DNA from: Bacteroidota bacterium
GTDB lineage: Bacteria > Bacteroidota > Bacteroidia > Cytophagales > Cyclobacteriaceae
DNA length: 64,000 bases
NCBI GenBank assembly: GCA_037200765.1
Contig: JBBCII010000003.1
Location: 1,040,741-1,104,740 of the forward strand
Direction of reading: 5' to 3'
The notes beneath the pieces are model-generated. The model worked only from the letters and a program-made list of their open reading frames with translations, was not told the origin of the DNA and made no database searches. Below, one piece after another: positions 17,691-27,531 of this stretch; position 1 is the stretch's first letter, and each line of letters opens with the position of its first letter. A program made the position numbers and the translations under genes.

Positions 17691-19448
17691 ATGGCCAACG
17701 ATCAGACGATACCGGAAAAGGTAAAAGGAGGTGCAATTACTTGTACGGTGAAGATCAACGGCCAGGTTATACCACAAACGTTCCAGCTCTTTTGTGCCAC
17801 CGTATTGAAGGAAATCAACAGGATACCGTCAGCAAATCTCTCGATCATCGATGGCGAACCGTCGAAAGGTCAGTTCGCAGCAAGCAGTTCATCAAGCTTT
17901 GTTCCCGGTGCTGAGATAGAAATATACGCAGGACAACAGGCACACGAAGATCTCATCTTCAGGGGTGTGATTATCAAGCATGCAATTGCAATAAGAAAGA
18001 ATGGAGTTTCGAAACTCAATCTTGAATGCAAAGACAAGGCGTTCAGAATGACACTTGGCAGGAAGAGCAGCTATTATAACGATGTTGCCGATAGTGACAT
18101 CGCGAACACATTACTAAGCAAGGCAGGACTTACCGTTAACACGGTCGATGATACGAAGACGAAATTTCCGGAGATGGTACAGTTCGATGTTAGTGATTGG
18201 GATTTTCTCGCTACCCGGATGGACATCAACGGAAAGCTGATCGCAATCGATAATGGCACTGCTAACATTACTGCACCGGATTTCTCACAAAATCCCGTGT
18301 TGAAACTTCTGTATGGAAGCACCATTCACGAATTCGATGCGGAAATGGATGCGCGCAATCAATACAAGGCGATAAAGGCAGTAGCATGGGATTGCTCCAG
18401 CCAGGAAGTGCTTGAGGTTTCAGGACAAGAGCCAACGCAGGTAAAAGATAACGGCAATGTTACATCCGGTGATCTTGCGTATGTGGGTGCACTGGACGAG
18501 ATGATCCTTCGTCATGGCGGAAAAGTTTCACAGGAAGAGCTCCAGTCATGGGCAAATGCTTGTTGGCAACGATCGCGCATGGCGAAGATCAGGGGACGTG
18601 TTGACTTCGATGGTTTTGCCGGCATCAAGCCCGGCGATATTCTCGAACTCAGTGGTCTTGGTGATAGATTCAACGGAAAGGTGTTTGTATCTGCGATAAG
18701 ACATTCACTGAGCAAGGGCGGATGGATCACATCTGCGCAGTTTGGCTTAAGTCCAGAGTGGTTTGCAAACCAGTTCAACACTGCGGTTGGTGCTCAGAAC
18801 ACGCTCATCCCAACTATACAAGGGCTTCACACGGGCGTTGTTGCGCAGCTTGAAAAGGATCCGGCTGGCGAGGATCGCGTTCTTGTTAAACTTCCGATGG
18901 TAAACATCGGGGGCAATGGAACATGGGCGCGTGTGTCTACACTCGATGCCGGCAAGGAACGAGGCTCATTCTTTCGCCCTGATATTGGCGACGAGGTGCT
19001 TGTTGGATTTATCAATAACGATCCACGCGACGCGGTCATACTGGGTATGCTTAATAGCTCTAAGCTGCCGGCTCCAATTCAACCCAAAGACGACAACAAG
19101 GAGAAGGGATTTTTCTTCGCGAGCAAGATGAAGATCATTTTTCACGAAGGCGATAAGAGCATGACGTTTGAAACGCCGGGCGGGAACAAGCTGATCATCT
19201 CCGATAGAGACGAAGGCATAGCACTGCAGGATCAGAATGGAAATAAGATACTCATGAACTCTGATGGGATAACACTGGAGAGTGCGAAGAAGATGATACT
19301 TAAAGCATCGAGTGGCGATATTGAAATAGAAGGAATGAATGTGAAACAAAAAGCCCAGGTGGAATTCAAAGCAGAAGGAACGGCGGGACTCGAGGTGAGT
19401 AGCAGTGCCATAGCCAAATTGAAAGGCTCACTTGTACAGATAAACTAA
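17691..19448 (+). CDS. Spike protein (VgrG/gp27-gp5-like, Afp8-like), no effector extension
   Basis: VQFDVSDWDFLATR, WARVSTLDAGKERGSFFRPDIGDEVLVGFINNDPRDAVILGML. Confidence 0.95.
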   Translation: MANDQTIPEKVKGGAITCTVKINGQVIPQTFQLFCATVLKEINRIPSANLSIIDGEPSKGQFAASSSSSFVPGAEIEIYAGQQAHEDLIFRGVIIKHAIAIRKNGVSKLNLECKDKAFRMTLGRKSSYYNDVADSDIANTLLSKAGLTVNTVDDTKTKFPEMVQFDVSDWDFLATRMDINGKLIAIDNGTANITAPDFSQNPVLKLLYGSTIHEFDAEMDARNQYKAIKAVAWDCSSQEVLEVSGQEPTQVKDNGNVTSGDLAYVGALDEMILRHGGKVSQEELQSWANACWQRSRMAKIRGRVDFDGFAGIKPGDILELSGLGDRFNGKVFVSAIRHSLSKGGWITSAQFGLSPEWFANQFNTAVGAQNTLIPTIQGLHTGVVAQLEKDPAGEDRVLVKLPMVNIGGNGTWARVSTLDAGKERGSFFRPDIGDEVLVGFINNDPRDAVILGMLNSSKLPAPIQPKDDNKEKGFFFASKMKIIFHEGDKSMTFETPGGNKLIISDRDEGIALQDQNGNKILMNSDGITLESAKKMILKASSGDIEIEGMNVKQKAQVEFKAEGTAGLEVSSSAIAKLKGSLVQIN

Positions 19449-19456
19449 AAGCAACG

Positions 19457-19750
19457 ATGGCTCAACCAGCAGCAAGAATTGGTGATATGCATGTTTGTCC
19501 GATGATAGGACCACCCAGCGTTCCGCATGTTGGAGGATCGTGCATAGGTCCCGGCGCGCCAACTGTATTAATTGGAGGTATGCCCGCAGCGGTAATAGGA
19601 GATAACGCGGTTTGTACTGGTCCGCCCGACATGATCATAGCCGGATCGGCAACGGTTCTTATTGGAGGAAAACCTGCAGCGCGCATGGGAGATTCAACTG
19701 CACACGGCGGGTCTATCGTGCTGGGTGACTTTACTGTATTAATCGGATAA
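19457..19750 (+). CDS. PAAR spike tip (Afp10-like)
   Basis: Three PAAR-type repeats: PAARIGD, PAAVIGD, PAARMGD. Confidence 0.96.
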   Translation: MAQPAARIGDMHVCPMIGPPSVPHVGGSCIGPGAPTVLIGGMPAAVIGDNAVCTGPPDMIIAGSATVLIGGKPAARMGDSTAHGGSIVLGDFTVLIG

Positions 19751-19763
19751 TGTATACGCAGCA

Positions 19764-20171
19764 ATGAATACCGAACTAACATTTCTTGGAAGAGGCTGGA
19801 GCTTTCCGCCGACGTTTAACGACAAACGTGCTGTGACTATGGTTGCGTATGAGGAAGATATCGTGCAGAGTTTGAAAATCCTTCTTTCGACACGACCAGG
19901 CGAGCGGGTGATGCTACCACGATACGGATGTAGTCTCGATGTCTTGCTGTTTGAACCAATTACTACCAGCTCGATCGCTTACGTAAAAGACCTGATCAAG
20001 ACCGCAGTTCTATACTACGAGCCACGAATTGAAGTTGAAGCGATTTCAATCAATACAGTGGATGTGGACGATGGCTTGATCATGATCGAGCTCAGTTACG
20101 TGATCCTGGCTACGAACTCACGATTCAACCTGGTTTACCCATTCTATATCAACGAGGGCAGTATAGTGTAA
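19764..20171 (+). CDS. GPW/gp25 baseplate protein (Afp9-like)
   Basis: FLGRGWSFPP, DIVQSLKILLSTRPGERVM.PRYGC, YEPRI, NSRFNLVYPFY. Confidence 0.95.
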   Translation: MNTELTFLGRGWSFPPTFNDKRAVTMVAYEEDIVQSLKILLSTRPGERVMLPRYGCSLDVLLFEPITTSSIAYVKDLIKTAVLYYEPRIEVEAISINTVDVDDGLIMIELSYVILATNSRFNLVYPFYINEGSIV

Positions 20172-23100
20172 ATGGAAGATCTGCGTATCATATATCGACA
20201 GCTACTTCGATCTGATGGTGTTGATCAGCTTCAGCGCCTGATGACGGCATTGAAAGAAGAATATGTTCAGTTGGATGACCGGTCTGTTGCAGGATACATT
20301 CGATATCTCTATCAGCTTTCGAAGGAGGTAAGATTTCTTAATCCGGATCTGAGCTATGCCAATACGTGGGAACCGTTGTTCGCAAGGTTCCTTGACGGTG
20401 CGGCAACACCAACTCTTGTTTCGGATGAAAAGATTGAGCAGATATCAGGTGATAAGAATATCGAACCGGCGCTGGCGTTATTGATCACCTTCCTGGAACT
20501 GATCCAGGAAAGTAAAACGAGCATTAATAAAGCGATTCGTAAGCATCTTGAATTCTTTTATAAGAACGTTTTAAAGTTTCAAATTCTTTCAGGTGTTGCC
20601 GACCGGGTACAGTTATTATTTGAGTTGAATAAGAACGCATCGCCCGTATCGATCGTTGCTGGTACTTTATTCGAAGCAGGAAAAGGACCTGATGGAAACG
20701 AACTTCGTTATGCCACAACATCGGATATCGTTGTAAACCGCGCGCGAGTTGCATCGATCAGGTCTTTGTTCGTGGAACGAGAGAAAACAAACAACACCTT
20801 TCAACTCTGGTCGGAGGTGCATGATGTTTTACCACCCACTGCAATACTTCCTCCTTTCGGCAGACCGCAGTCCAAACAACCACCTGCTACACGCACGATG
20901 CAGTATGCCGTTACTGGCTTCGTGATCAGTTCATCGTTGCTCGAGTTGAGCGGCGGTGAGCGCGTGATCGATATCGAGATGACATCAGAGTCATTCGCGC
21001 TGGATATTGTAACGTTCGACGATTTTCGGAGCTACATCCAATTCGAGCTCACTGGCGAGAAGGGTTGGGTAACGCCATTGCTCAGGAGCGTTGCGACCGA
21101 CTATGTGGAAGTTAACAACACGCGGATCTGTACATTGAAGATACAGTTGGCTCTTGGTGAAGCTTCACCCGCGATCATCCCGCACAGCAATGCTGTTCAC
21201 AAGACAGCACTTCCAGATGGGGTGCCTGCCTTAAGAATGATCACGGTGCCCGAAAAATCGGTTTCTGAATTTTTCCAGGCAGTTAGAATATCAAGCGTCT
21301 CTTTGAAAGTAAGTGTAAAAGGGCTGAGAAAATTTGTTGTTCAAAACGAAGAAGGTTTGCAGCAGCCCGATAAGCCGTTTAATCTTTTTGGTTCCATACC
21401 AGCAATAGGGAGCCGATTATATGTCGGTAGCAACGAGGTCTTTTCGAAAAATCTAAAAGGGCTTACGATCAACATAAAGTGGAAGAGTCCACCAGCGAAT
21501 TTCAATAAGTACTACGCGGGATACATGCTACCATCAACATTCAGTCACGCCGAATTCAGTATGTCGGTGGATATGCTGATGAATGGGAGCTGGGATCACA
21601 CATTGTCTGGACGTTCGTCGTTGTTTGATGCACAGAATGAAGACTATCCATACACATTGGCGTTGAATGAAACCGACCTGGCAAGGGCGAATAATTTTTC
21701 AGCCCTTACGCGTGATCAGAACGTGGGTGACGTTTCGGGAGGTTTTCGTCCTGGTGCTGGTCGCGGATTTATTCGCTTCACATTGACTGGACCAAAGTAT
21801 GATGACTTCAGCGCTTTCGGTCATTCGAATTTTACATCAGCACTCATGGAGGCCACCGCTGCGAAAATACAATTCCCAGCGGCTGATATTAAACTTCCTC
21901 AGCCTGCATACACACCGCAGGTAAAGGAGATCTCTCTCGATTATGTTGCATCGGATACGATCTTCCCAGGTACCAATGATCGTGTATTTCATCAAACACC
22001 GTTTGGAATTCGTGAGGTTACGACAAAAGGAACGTCACTCTTTCCGCAATTCGCGGAGGTCGGATACCTGCACATTGGAGTCTCCGATCTTTTGCTGGAA
22101 CAGCAAGTGAACTTGTTATTGAAGCTTGCGGAGACCGGCTTGACGAAGATTGAAAGTGACTCCGATGATTTCGCTGTGCCTGACGTTTCGTGGTCATATC
22201 TCGCTAATGAGAATTGGATTGATCTACGTCAGGATCAGATACCGGTCGATACAACAAAACAATTTCAACAGACCGGCATTGTGTCGTTACAAACCGGAGC
22301 TGATGCGAGCATAAATAATAATTCGTTTCCTGCGGGAATGATCTGGTTACGCGCTACCCTTCGCCAGGGAACCGGCAGAGTACTGCCACTTGAATCCATA
22401 CATACACAAGTAGTGGAAGCTTTACTGACACTATCGAATGATGAAGAGCTCAGCGATTATTCCATACATCTGTCAGCTGGGTTGCCACCAAATAGTGTTA
22501 AGAAGAACGTACGCATTTCGCCGGCTTTGAAGTCGATACTGCAACCTTATGCTTCTGTTGGTGGAGTGCAGCCGGAAACCAGCGATCATCTTATCGCACG
22601 AGTATCTGAACGATTACGTCATCGTAACCGCGCCATCCACACCTGGGATTTTGAGCGTATGGTGCTCAATGCATTTAATGAGATCGCTAAAGCGAAATGT
22701 TTAACAGTTAGAGATGAATTGACACAGGGAACATCGACAGTTATCGTGGTTCCGAAAATACGTATCGATCAACCAGTTTCCCGAAGACTCCAGCCGAAGG
22801 CGAGCAGCTTTTTCCTCGATGAAATCGGAACGTTTTTTAAAGCTCGTGCCTCGGCATTCACCGAAGTAGTTGTAATCAATCCACGCTATGAAGAAGTTCT
22901 CGCAGACTTTAAGGTCAAGTTCAGGGTTGGCTACGATCCGATCTATTATCTCGAAAAGTTGAACGAAGAGATAGTGAGGTTCATATCGCCATGGGCTTTT
23001 GGCGATCAGTCGGACATGCACTTTGATTCGATTGTTTATCGATCGGAGGTTCTGTATCACATCGAAAATCTTCCATACGTCGACTATGTTGCCGACTTCA

Positions 23101-23405
23101 TGTTGTTCCACTTGAACTCACTTGGCGATAAATCACCGAAGATTATCGGCAAGATGAAAGTGGGGAGAACGTTTGTTGTTGCTAGAACTCCAATGCCGAA
23201 CCTGGGAGGGATGCAAATCGGGGAGAATTTTATTGTTGGATTGGACATGGAGGTGATTGAACCATCACGTGATGAAGCGATGCTGGTATCGGTGCCGAAG
23301 CATGCAATCAAAACAACAGATGATCAGCGAACATGTTCCGGAGTATCAGGCTTAGGCATCGGAAGTATGACTATCAACTTTGATTTTATTGTAAGCAGAA
23401 GTTAA
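20172..23405 (+). CDS. Baseplate wedge, J/gp6-like (Afp11-like), 1077 aa
   Basis: HLEFFYKNVL, RVSERLRHRNRAIHTWDFERMVL, FISPWAF, IENLPYVDYV. Confidence 0.92.
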   Translation: MEDLRIIYRQLLRSDGVDQLQRLMTALKEEYVQLDDRSVAGYIRYLYQLSKEVRFLNPDLSYANTWEPLFARFLDGAATPTLVSDEKIEQISGDKNIEPALALLITFLELIQESKTSINKAIRKHLEFFYKNVLKFQILSGVADRVQLLFELNKNASPVSIVAGTLFEAGKGPDGNELRYATTSDIVVNRARVASIRSLFVEREKTNNTFQLWSEVHDVLPPTAILPPFGRPQSKQPPATRTMQYAVTGFVISSSLLELSGGERVIDIEMTSESFALDIVTFDDFRSYIQFELTGEKGWVTPLLRSVATDYVEVNNTRICTLKIQLALGEASPAIIPHSNAVHKTALPDGVPALRMITVPEKSVSEFFQAVRISSVSLKVSVKGLRKFVVQNEEGLQQPDKPFNLFGSIPAIGSRLYVGSNEVFSKNLKGLTINIKWKSPPANFNKYYAGYMLPSTFSHAEFSMSVDMLMNGSWDHTLSGRSSLFDAQNEDYPYTLALNETDLARANNFSALTRDQNVGDVSGGFRPGAGRGFIRFTLTGPKYDDFSAFGHSNFTSALMEATAAKIQFPAADIKLPQPAYTPQVKEISLDYVASDTIFPGTNDRVFHQTPFGIREVTTKGTSLFPQFAEVGYLHIGVSDLLLEQQVNLLLKLAETGLTKIESDSDDFAVPDVSWSYLANENWIDLRQDQIPVDTTKQFQQTGIVSLQTGADASINNNSFPAGMIWLRATLRQGTGRVLPLESIHTQVVEALLTLSNDEELSDYSIHLSAGLPPNSVKKNVRISPALKSILQPYASVGGVQPETSDHLIARVSERLRHRNRAIHTWDFERMVLNAFNEIAKAKCLTVRDELTQGTSTVIVVPKIRIDQPVSRRLQPKASSFFLDEIGTFFKARASAFTEVVVINPRYEEVLADFKVKFRVGYDPIYYLEKLNEEIVRFISPWAFGDQSDMHFDSIVYRSEVLYHIENLPYVDYVADFMLFHLNSLGDKSPKIIGKMKVGRTFVVARTPMPNLGGMQIGENFIVGLDMEVIEPSRDEAMLVSVPKHAIKTTDDQRTCSGVSGLGIGSMTINFDFIVSRS

Positions 23406-23429
23406 CAGACAAATAAATAACACAGTGTT

Positions 23430-24494
23430 ATGGAAAAGCAAAGGTCCGAATTGAAGTTCATGTTCCGCGATGGTGCACGCCCGAACGGAAATGATTTCAG
23501 TGATATGTTAGAGTCGTTCATTCATCGCTCGGATGATGGCCTTACTTTGAGTGCCAGAGGGGCTTTGGTCAACAATTTTACGTTAGGAAACTTCAATGCA
23601 ACTCCGGTGGCTGGATCTATGAAGTTTCTTGCAGGCGAGATCTATTTCTTCGACGGAACGAACTGGAAGAATGTGAGCTCAAACGATCTCGGCTTTCGAA
23701 GGCTTAGTCCGGCTCCGTCGACCGCTGCTGCTCCGGATGCGGCTTACTTTGGAAAGGTTGGGATTAATCTTGGCACTGCTCCGCCCGCCACCCTTGATTA
23801 TGATCTTGAGATTGGCCCGCGAAATGCTGCCGCCAGAATGCGTTCCGGTACCGCATTCATAGGCAATGGCAGTACGTCCGGTCGTGCCTATTTTTCTCAC
23901 AGCAGTTTGAGCAGCAATATCAATGCTAACTACGGCCTGGCTCAGGATACAAACGGAGCAGTATTTATCAACGTCCCTTCGAACAGCCAAGGCGTAACCT
24001 TCGGTACCGGAGATCAGGGACAGCTACTAATTAAGAATGGTCGAATAGTTGTCGGTAACACCATCGCACTAACACCCAATCCAAATCCGCCTGCTACAAA
24101 CCCGACGGATCAGATCATGCTTCATTGTCATGGTCATGCCATAAAGAGCTCTGGTGGAGCCGCGTGGCTCGTAACATCCGACATACGCACGAAAAAAGAT
24201 GTCGCAAAATTTGCCGACGGCCTCGACAAAGTACGAGCATTAAATGCGATCCGTTTCCGGTACAATGGCAAAGGAGGAACAAAAGATGGACAGGAGCAGA
24301 TCGGTCTCTCCGGACAGGATGTCGAAAAAATTATGCCTTATATGGTAACACGTCTTGGCAACAAGACAGCCGATGAAGGTGCCGAAAATTATCCCGACGA
24401 CATGATAGTGCTCGACTCGAGTCCTCTCATCTATGTCCTTCTTAATGCAGTCCAGGAACTCGACAAAAAATTAACATCAATAGAAACAGCTTAA
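23430..24494 (+). CDS. Tail fibre (Afp13-like) with C-terminal intramolecular chaperone (Peptidase S74-like)
   Basis: N-terminal fibre-base motif RSELKFMFRDGARPNGNDFSDMLESF; SDIRTKKD cleavage motif, IGLSGQDVEKIMP, terminal coiled coil. Confidence 0.85.
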   Translation: MEKQRSELKFMFRDGARPNGNDFSDMLESFIHRSDDGLTLSARGALVNNFTLGNFNATPVAGSMKFLAGEIYFFDGTNWKNVSSNDLGFRRLSPAPSTAAAPDAAYFGKVGINLGTAPPATLDYDLEIGPRNAAARMRSGTAFIGNGSTSGRAYFSHSSLSSNINANYGLAQDTNGAVFINVPSNSQGVTFGTGDQGQLLIKNGRIVVGNTIALTPNPNPPATNPTDQIMLHCHGHAIKSSGGAAWLVTSDIRTKKDVAKFADGLDKVRALNAIRFRYNGKGGTKDGQEQIGLSGQDVEKIMPYMVTRLGNKTADEGAENYPDDMIVLDSSPLIYVLLNAVQELDKKLTSIETA

Positions 24495-24505
24495 CCATTT
24501 ATACC

Positions 24506-24700
24506 ATGAATGATCAACTCGAAATACGGATCTCTACTGCCGAAGCAGGAGTAATCTTTGGAGCACTCAGCAATCTTCCATACATACAAGTGCATGAGCT
24601 CATCCACAACCTCCAAAACCAGATAGGTCCACAGCTCGCCGAAAAGGAAAAACAGAAGAATCTCAATAGCACAGCGCAATCTGAGATGAAGACTGCATGA
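24506..24700 (+). CDS. Small helical protein, possible fibre assembly chaperone
   Basis: 64 aa, GALSNLPYIQVHELIHNLQNQ; stop overlaps the next start (ATGA at 24697). Confidence 0.55.
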   Translation: MNDQLEIRISTAEAGVIFGALSNLPYIQVHELIHNLQNQIGPQLAEKEKQKNLNSTAQSEMKTA

Positions 24701-27531
24701 GCCAGGAGATCCAGGCATTTATTTCGGACGGTGTCGATTCTGTAGATCAGGATTACGCCGCGTTACGCCAGAAAGCGATTGAAAAAATTCAGTCACTGTC
24801 TGGACAAACGTGGACTGATCACAACGCTCACGATGTCGGGATCACGGCAATAGATGCACTGTGCTTTGCTATAACCGAGCAGGGCCATCTTAATAATTTA
24901 TCTACCGAAGACCTTCTGAAATTATATGGATCGGAAGATGCCACGACAAGAGACTTTTTTGGCGCAGAGGTTGTTCTGCATAACGATCCGGTTACGTTGC
25001 TTGACTGGCGTAAATTCCTGATCGATCGCACCGACATACGAAATGCATGGTTGAATCCAATCACGGGTAATACAGCGCCGCAGTTGCTGTTGAAAAATAA
25101 TCAATACTCTTTGGCCGATGGCGTGCAAGTAAAATTGAAGGGCTTGTACGATGTATTGATAGAATGGGAGAACGTGCCATCTCTCGGCGAGCTCAACGGT
25201 AATATGATCATGGCTTCGGTAACCGTTGCCCTTCCAAACGGTGTTCAAAAATCATATCGGGCCGACATCACATTTCCATTTGGATGGGATACCGAGGACG
25301 CCAATTTTAAAGCTTTCAGGAACAAGCTCAACATATTTGCCATCACAGCAACGACTGGTTTTGTCCAGCCAAAGCTGGAGCAGATGGGAATTGGCTCGAA
25401 TACGTACTTTTCCGATCTCCTGATCCATTTATCACCAGTATCAGCAATCACTGTTGGTATTATCCTTCGTATCAATACGGAGATCACCAGTGAATTAGAG
25501 CGTAGCATCGTTGAATCCAGATTCGGAGCATTGCTTTCAGCTAACCCTGGAGTTGTTAGTCTTTACAATGACATCGTCGTTAAAGGTTATTCACTTTCAC
25601 AAACAACCAGGGCCCTTTTATCAGCGAAACGAAACCTGGCCGAAGATTTTGTTGCGCTTCGCGCAATCAGTATTCAGGAGATCGCTATTCAAGCAGAGAT
25701 CGATCTCGTTCCCGGTTCGCCAGTCGAAGACATTCTTGCGGAGATGTTTCTCACCTTAGATAGGTTTATCAGTCCTCAATTTCATTTCGAGCCGTATGAG
25801 AATGAAACGCGTGAAGGACCGAAATTGGTAAATGGCTATTTAAGTGATGAACAGTTGACCGGCGCACCGGGGAGAAGCATTTTTCTTTCCGATTTGTTGA
25901 ACATCATGCTGGAGAACAGTGACGGGAAGCGACGCGAACAGATCGTTGCAATATACAATCTCTCAATTCAGAGCTACATCAATAATAAAGAAGCCGGCAG
26001 AAGCCAGGAGAACTGCCTGCGGCTTGTTGATGATCCAGTTTATCGTCCACGTTTAAGTGTATTCAAGTCCCACATTGTTATAAACTCGCGGGATACTGTT
26101 GTGCCTTACGATATCAATAAGGTCTTCAGTAAGTATCTCGCTCTAAAGAATACTGTACCCGCAAGTACAACAGTTTCATCTGTCGCTACCCTGCCAGACA
26201 TGAGTGTTGTAAAGCCCTTGCCCGGGTATCACCCGGTACAATATGAGTTTCCGGCATTCTATCATCTTTCGTTGCCCAGCAATACTGCGATCAACCTGCA
26301 GATGCGCGGTTATCTTTTTTTCTTCGAACAAGTGCTTGCAAATGCTTCAAGTCTACTAAGAAATTCTCCGAAGCTTCTTTCAATTGGTAACAACGACCTA
26401 GAAACCAGTTACCCCGCAAACCTGCGTGAGTTACTTCCTTTTTACAACGACTATCTTAATCCTTCGTATGAGTCGGCGCTCGCAACGAGCACGTCGGCCA
26501 ACGAAGCACGGAGGAGCTTGATGCTCGATCATTTACTTGCGAGGCTGGGAGAGGACTTTCGGTATTTCGCTTCATGGAATTCACTCACTACAAGCCAGGT
26601 CAATACAGCGAAGTATAATTTCCTGAAAGCCCTGCCGGTATTAGCGGGTGCACGGTTTAAAGCATACGACTATAGTTCGCCTGCATGGAACACGATCAAC
26701 GTTTCCACAACAGAGCAAAAGCTCAAACATCTTCTGCAGTTGCCGGATATAACTCAGAAAAAATTATGGAGAGACCCATCGCCGAATTTCAATGTAGTTG
26801 CGACAGCCGGGCCAAATGTAACTTATGGTTTTCGCGTGACCGATGCGGCCAACACTCCACTGCTAAAGAGTGCAGCCGACACTTTTGAATTTCAATTTGA
26901 AGCGGAAGACAACGCTACAGATCTCATTCTGTACGGAAGAGAAATTGGCAACTACAATGTGATCAGAACGGGTGCGGTATTCAGCTTTGCTGTTGTCGAC
27001 CCCGAGAATTATACCATCGCTATTTCAGAGAATACTTTTGCCACATCGACATTGGCTGCGGCAGCCATTCAAAGTACTATCACGTTTCTCAAGCAGTGGC
27101 TTCCCCTCGAGGGATTACATATAGTAGAGAATATTTTATTGCGACCACAATTTTATTCGACGCCTGGTCTTTTCGATACTTTATTAACGATCCCGCTTTT
27201 GGAGGACGGTTCGATTTCTCCGGCCTTCGGGAACGACTTGTATTCACAACAAGTACTTGTTGTACTTCCACGTGGCGGTAATCGCTTCGGTAGCCCGGCT
27301 TTCCAGGATATAGCGCGTGAAGTGATCCGTCGCGAGTTTCCATCATGGATCAAAGTCCGGGTTGTGTGGCTGAACATATTTATGATGCATGAGTTTGAGC
27401 TTGCATACCAGTCTTTTGTTCAAACAAAGTCGAATAATGCAGCGACCGAAAGTGCAATGCGCTTGGCGAAGGGCGGTTTGGTGGATGCATTGAACAAAAT
27501 TTATCGATGGTTGAATATTGAGCTAAGATGA
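24697..27531 (+). CDS. Baseplate wedge (Afp12-like), 944 aa
   Basis: SGQTWTDHNAHDVGITAIDALCFAITE, RNLAEDF, QMRGYLFFFEQVLAN, HIVENILLRP, DLYSQQV, IRREFPSWI. Confidence 0.9.
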   Translation: MSQEIQAFISDGVDSVDQDYAALRQKAIEKIQSLSGQTWTDHNAHDVGITAIDALCFAITEQGHLNNLSTEDLLKLYGSEDATTRDFFGAEVVLHNDPVTLLDWRKFLIDRTDIRNAWLNPITGNTAPQLLLKNNQYSLADGVQVKLKGLYDVLIEWENVPSLGELNGNMIMASVTVALPNGVQKSYRADITFPFGWDTEDANFKAFRNKLNIFAITATTGFVQPKLEQMGIGSNTYFSDLLIHLSPVSAITVGIILRINTEITSELERSIVESRFGALLSANPGVVSLYNDIVVKGYSLSQTTRALLSAKRNLAEDFVALRAISIQEIAIQAEIDLVPGSPVEDILAEMFLTLDRFISPQFHFEPYENETREGPKLVNGYLSDEQLTGAPGRSIFLSDLLNIMLENSDGKRREQIVAIYNLSIQSYINNKEAGRSQENCLRLVDDPVYRPRLSVFKSHIVINSRDTVVPYDINKVFSKYLALKNTVPASTTVSSVATLPDMSVVKPLPGYHPVQYEFPAFYHLSLPSNTAINLQMRGYLFFFEQVLANASSLLRNSPKLLSIGNNDLETSYPANLRELLPFYNDYLNPSYESALATSTSANEARRSLMLDHLLARLGEDFRYFASWNSLTTSQVNTAKYNFLKALPVLAGARFKAYDYSSPAWNTINVSTTEQKLKHLLQLPDITQKKLWRDPSPNFNVVATAGPNVTYGFRVTDAANTPLLKSAADTFEFQFEAEDNATDLILYGREIGNYNVIRTGAVFSFAVVDPENYTIAISENTFATSTLAAAAIQSTITFLKQWLPLEGLHIVENILLRPQFYSTPGLFDTLLTIPLLEDGSISPAFGNDLYSQQVLVVLPRGGNRFGSPAFQDIAREVIRREFPSWIKVRVVWLNIFMMHEFELAYQSFVQTKSNNAATESAMRLAKGGLVDALNKIYRWLNIELR

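Noticed and set aside
17691-19750. Classical or Bacteroidota T6SS (subtype i/iii) from VgrG + PAAR
   Set aside because: No TssB/C pair, Hcp, TssK, ClpV or TssN/O/P membrane complex; sheath and tube are T4 gp18/gp19-like.
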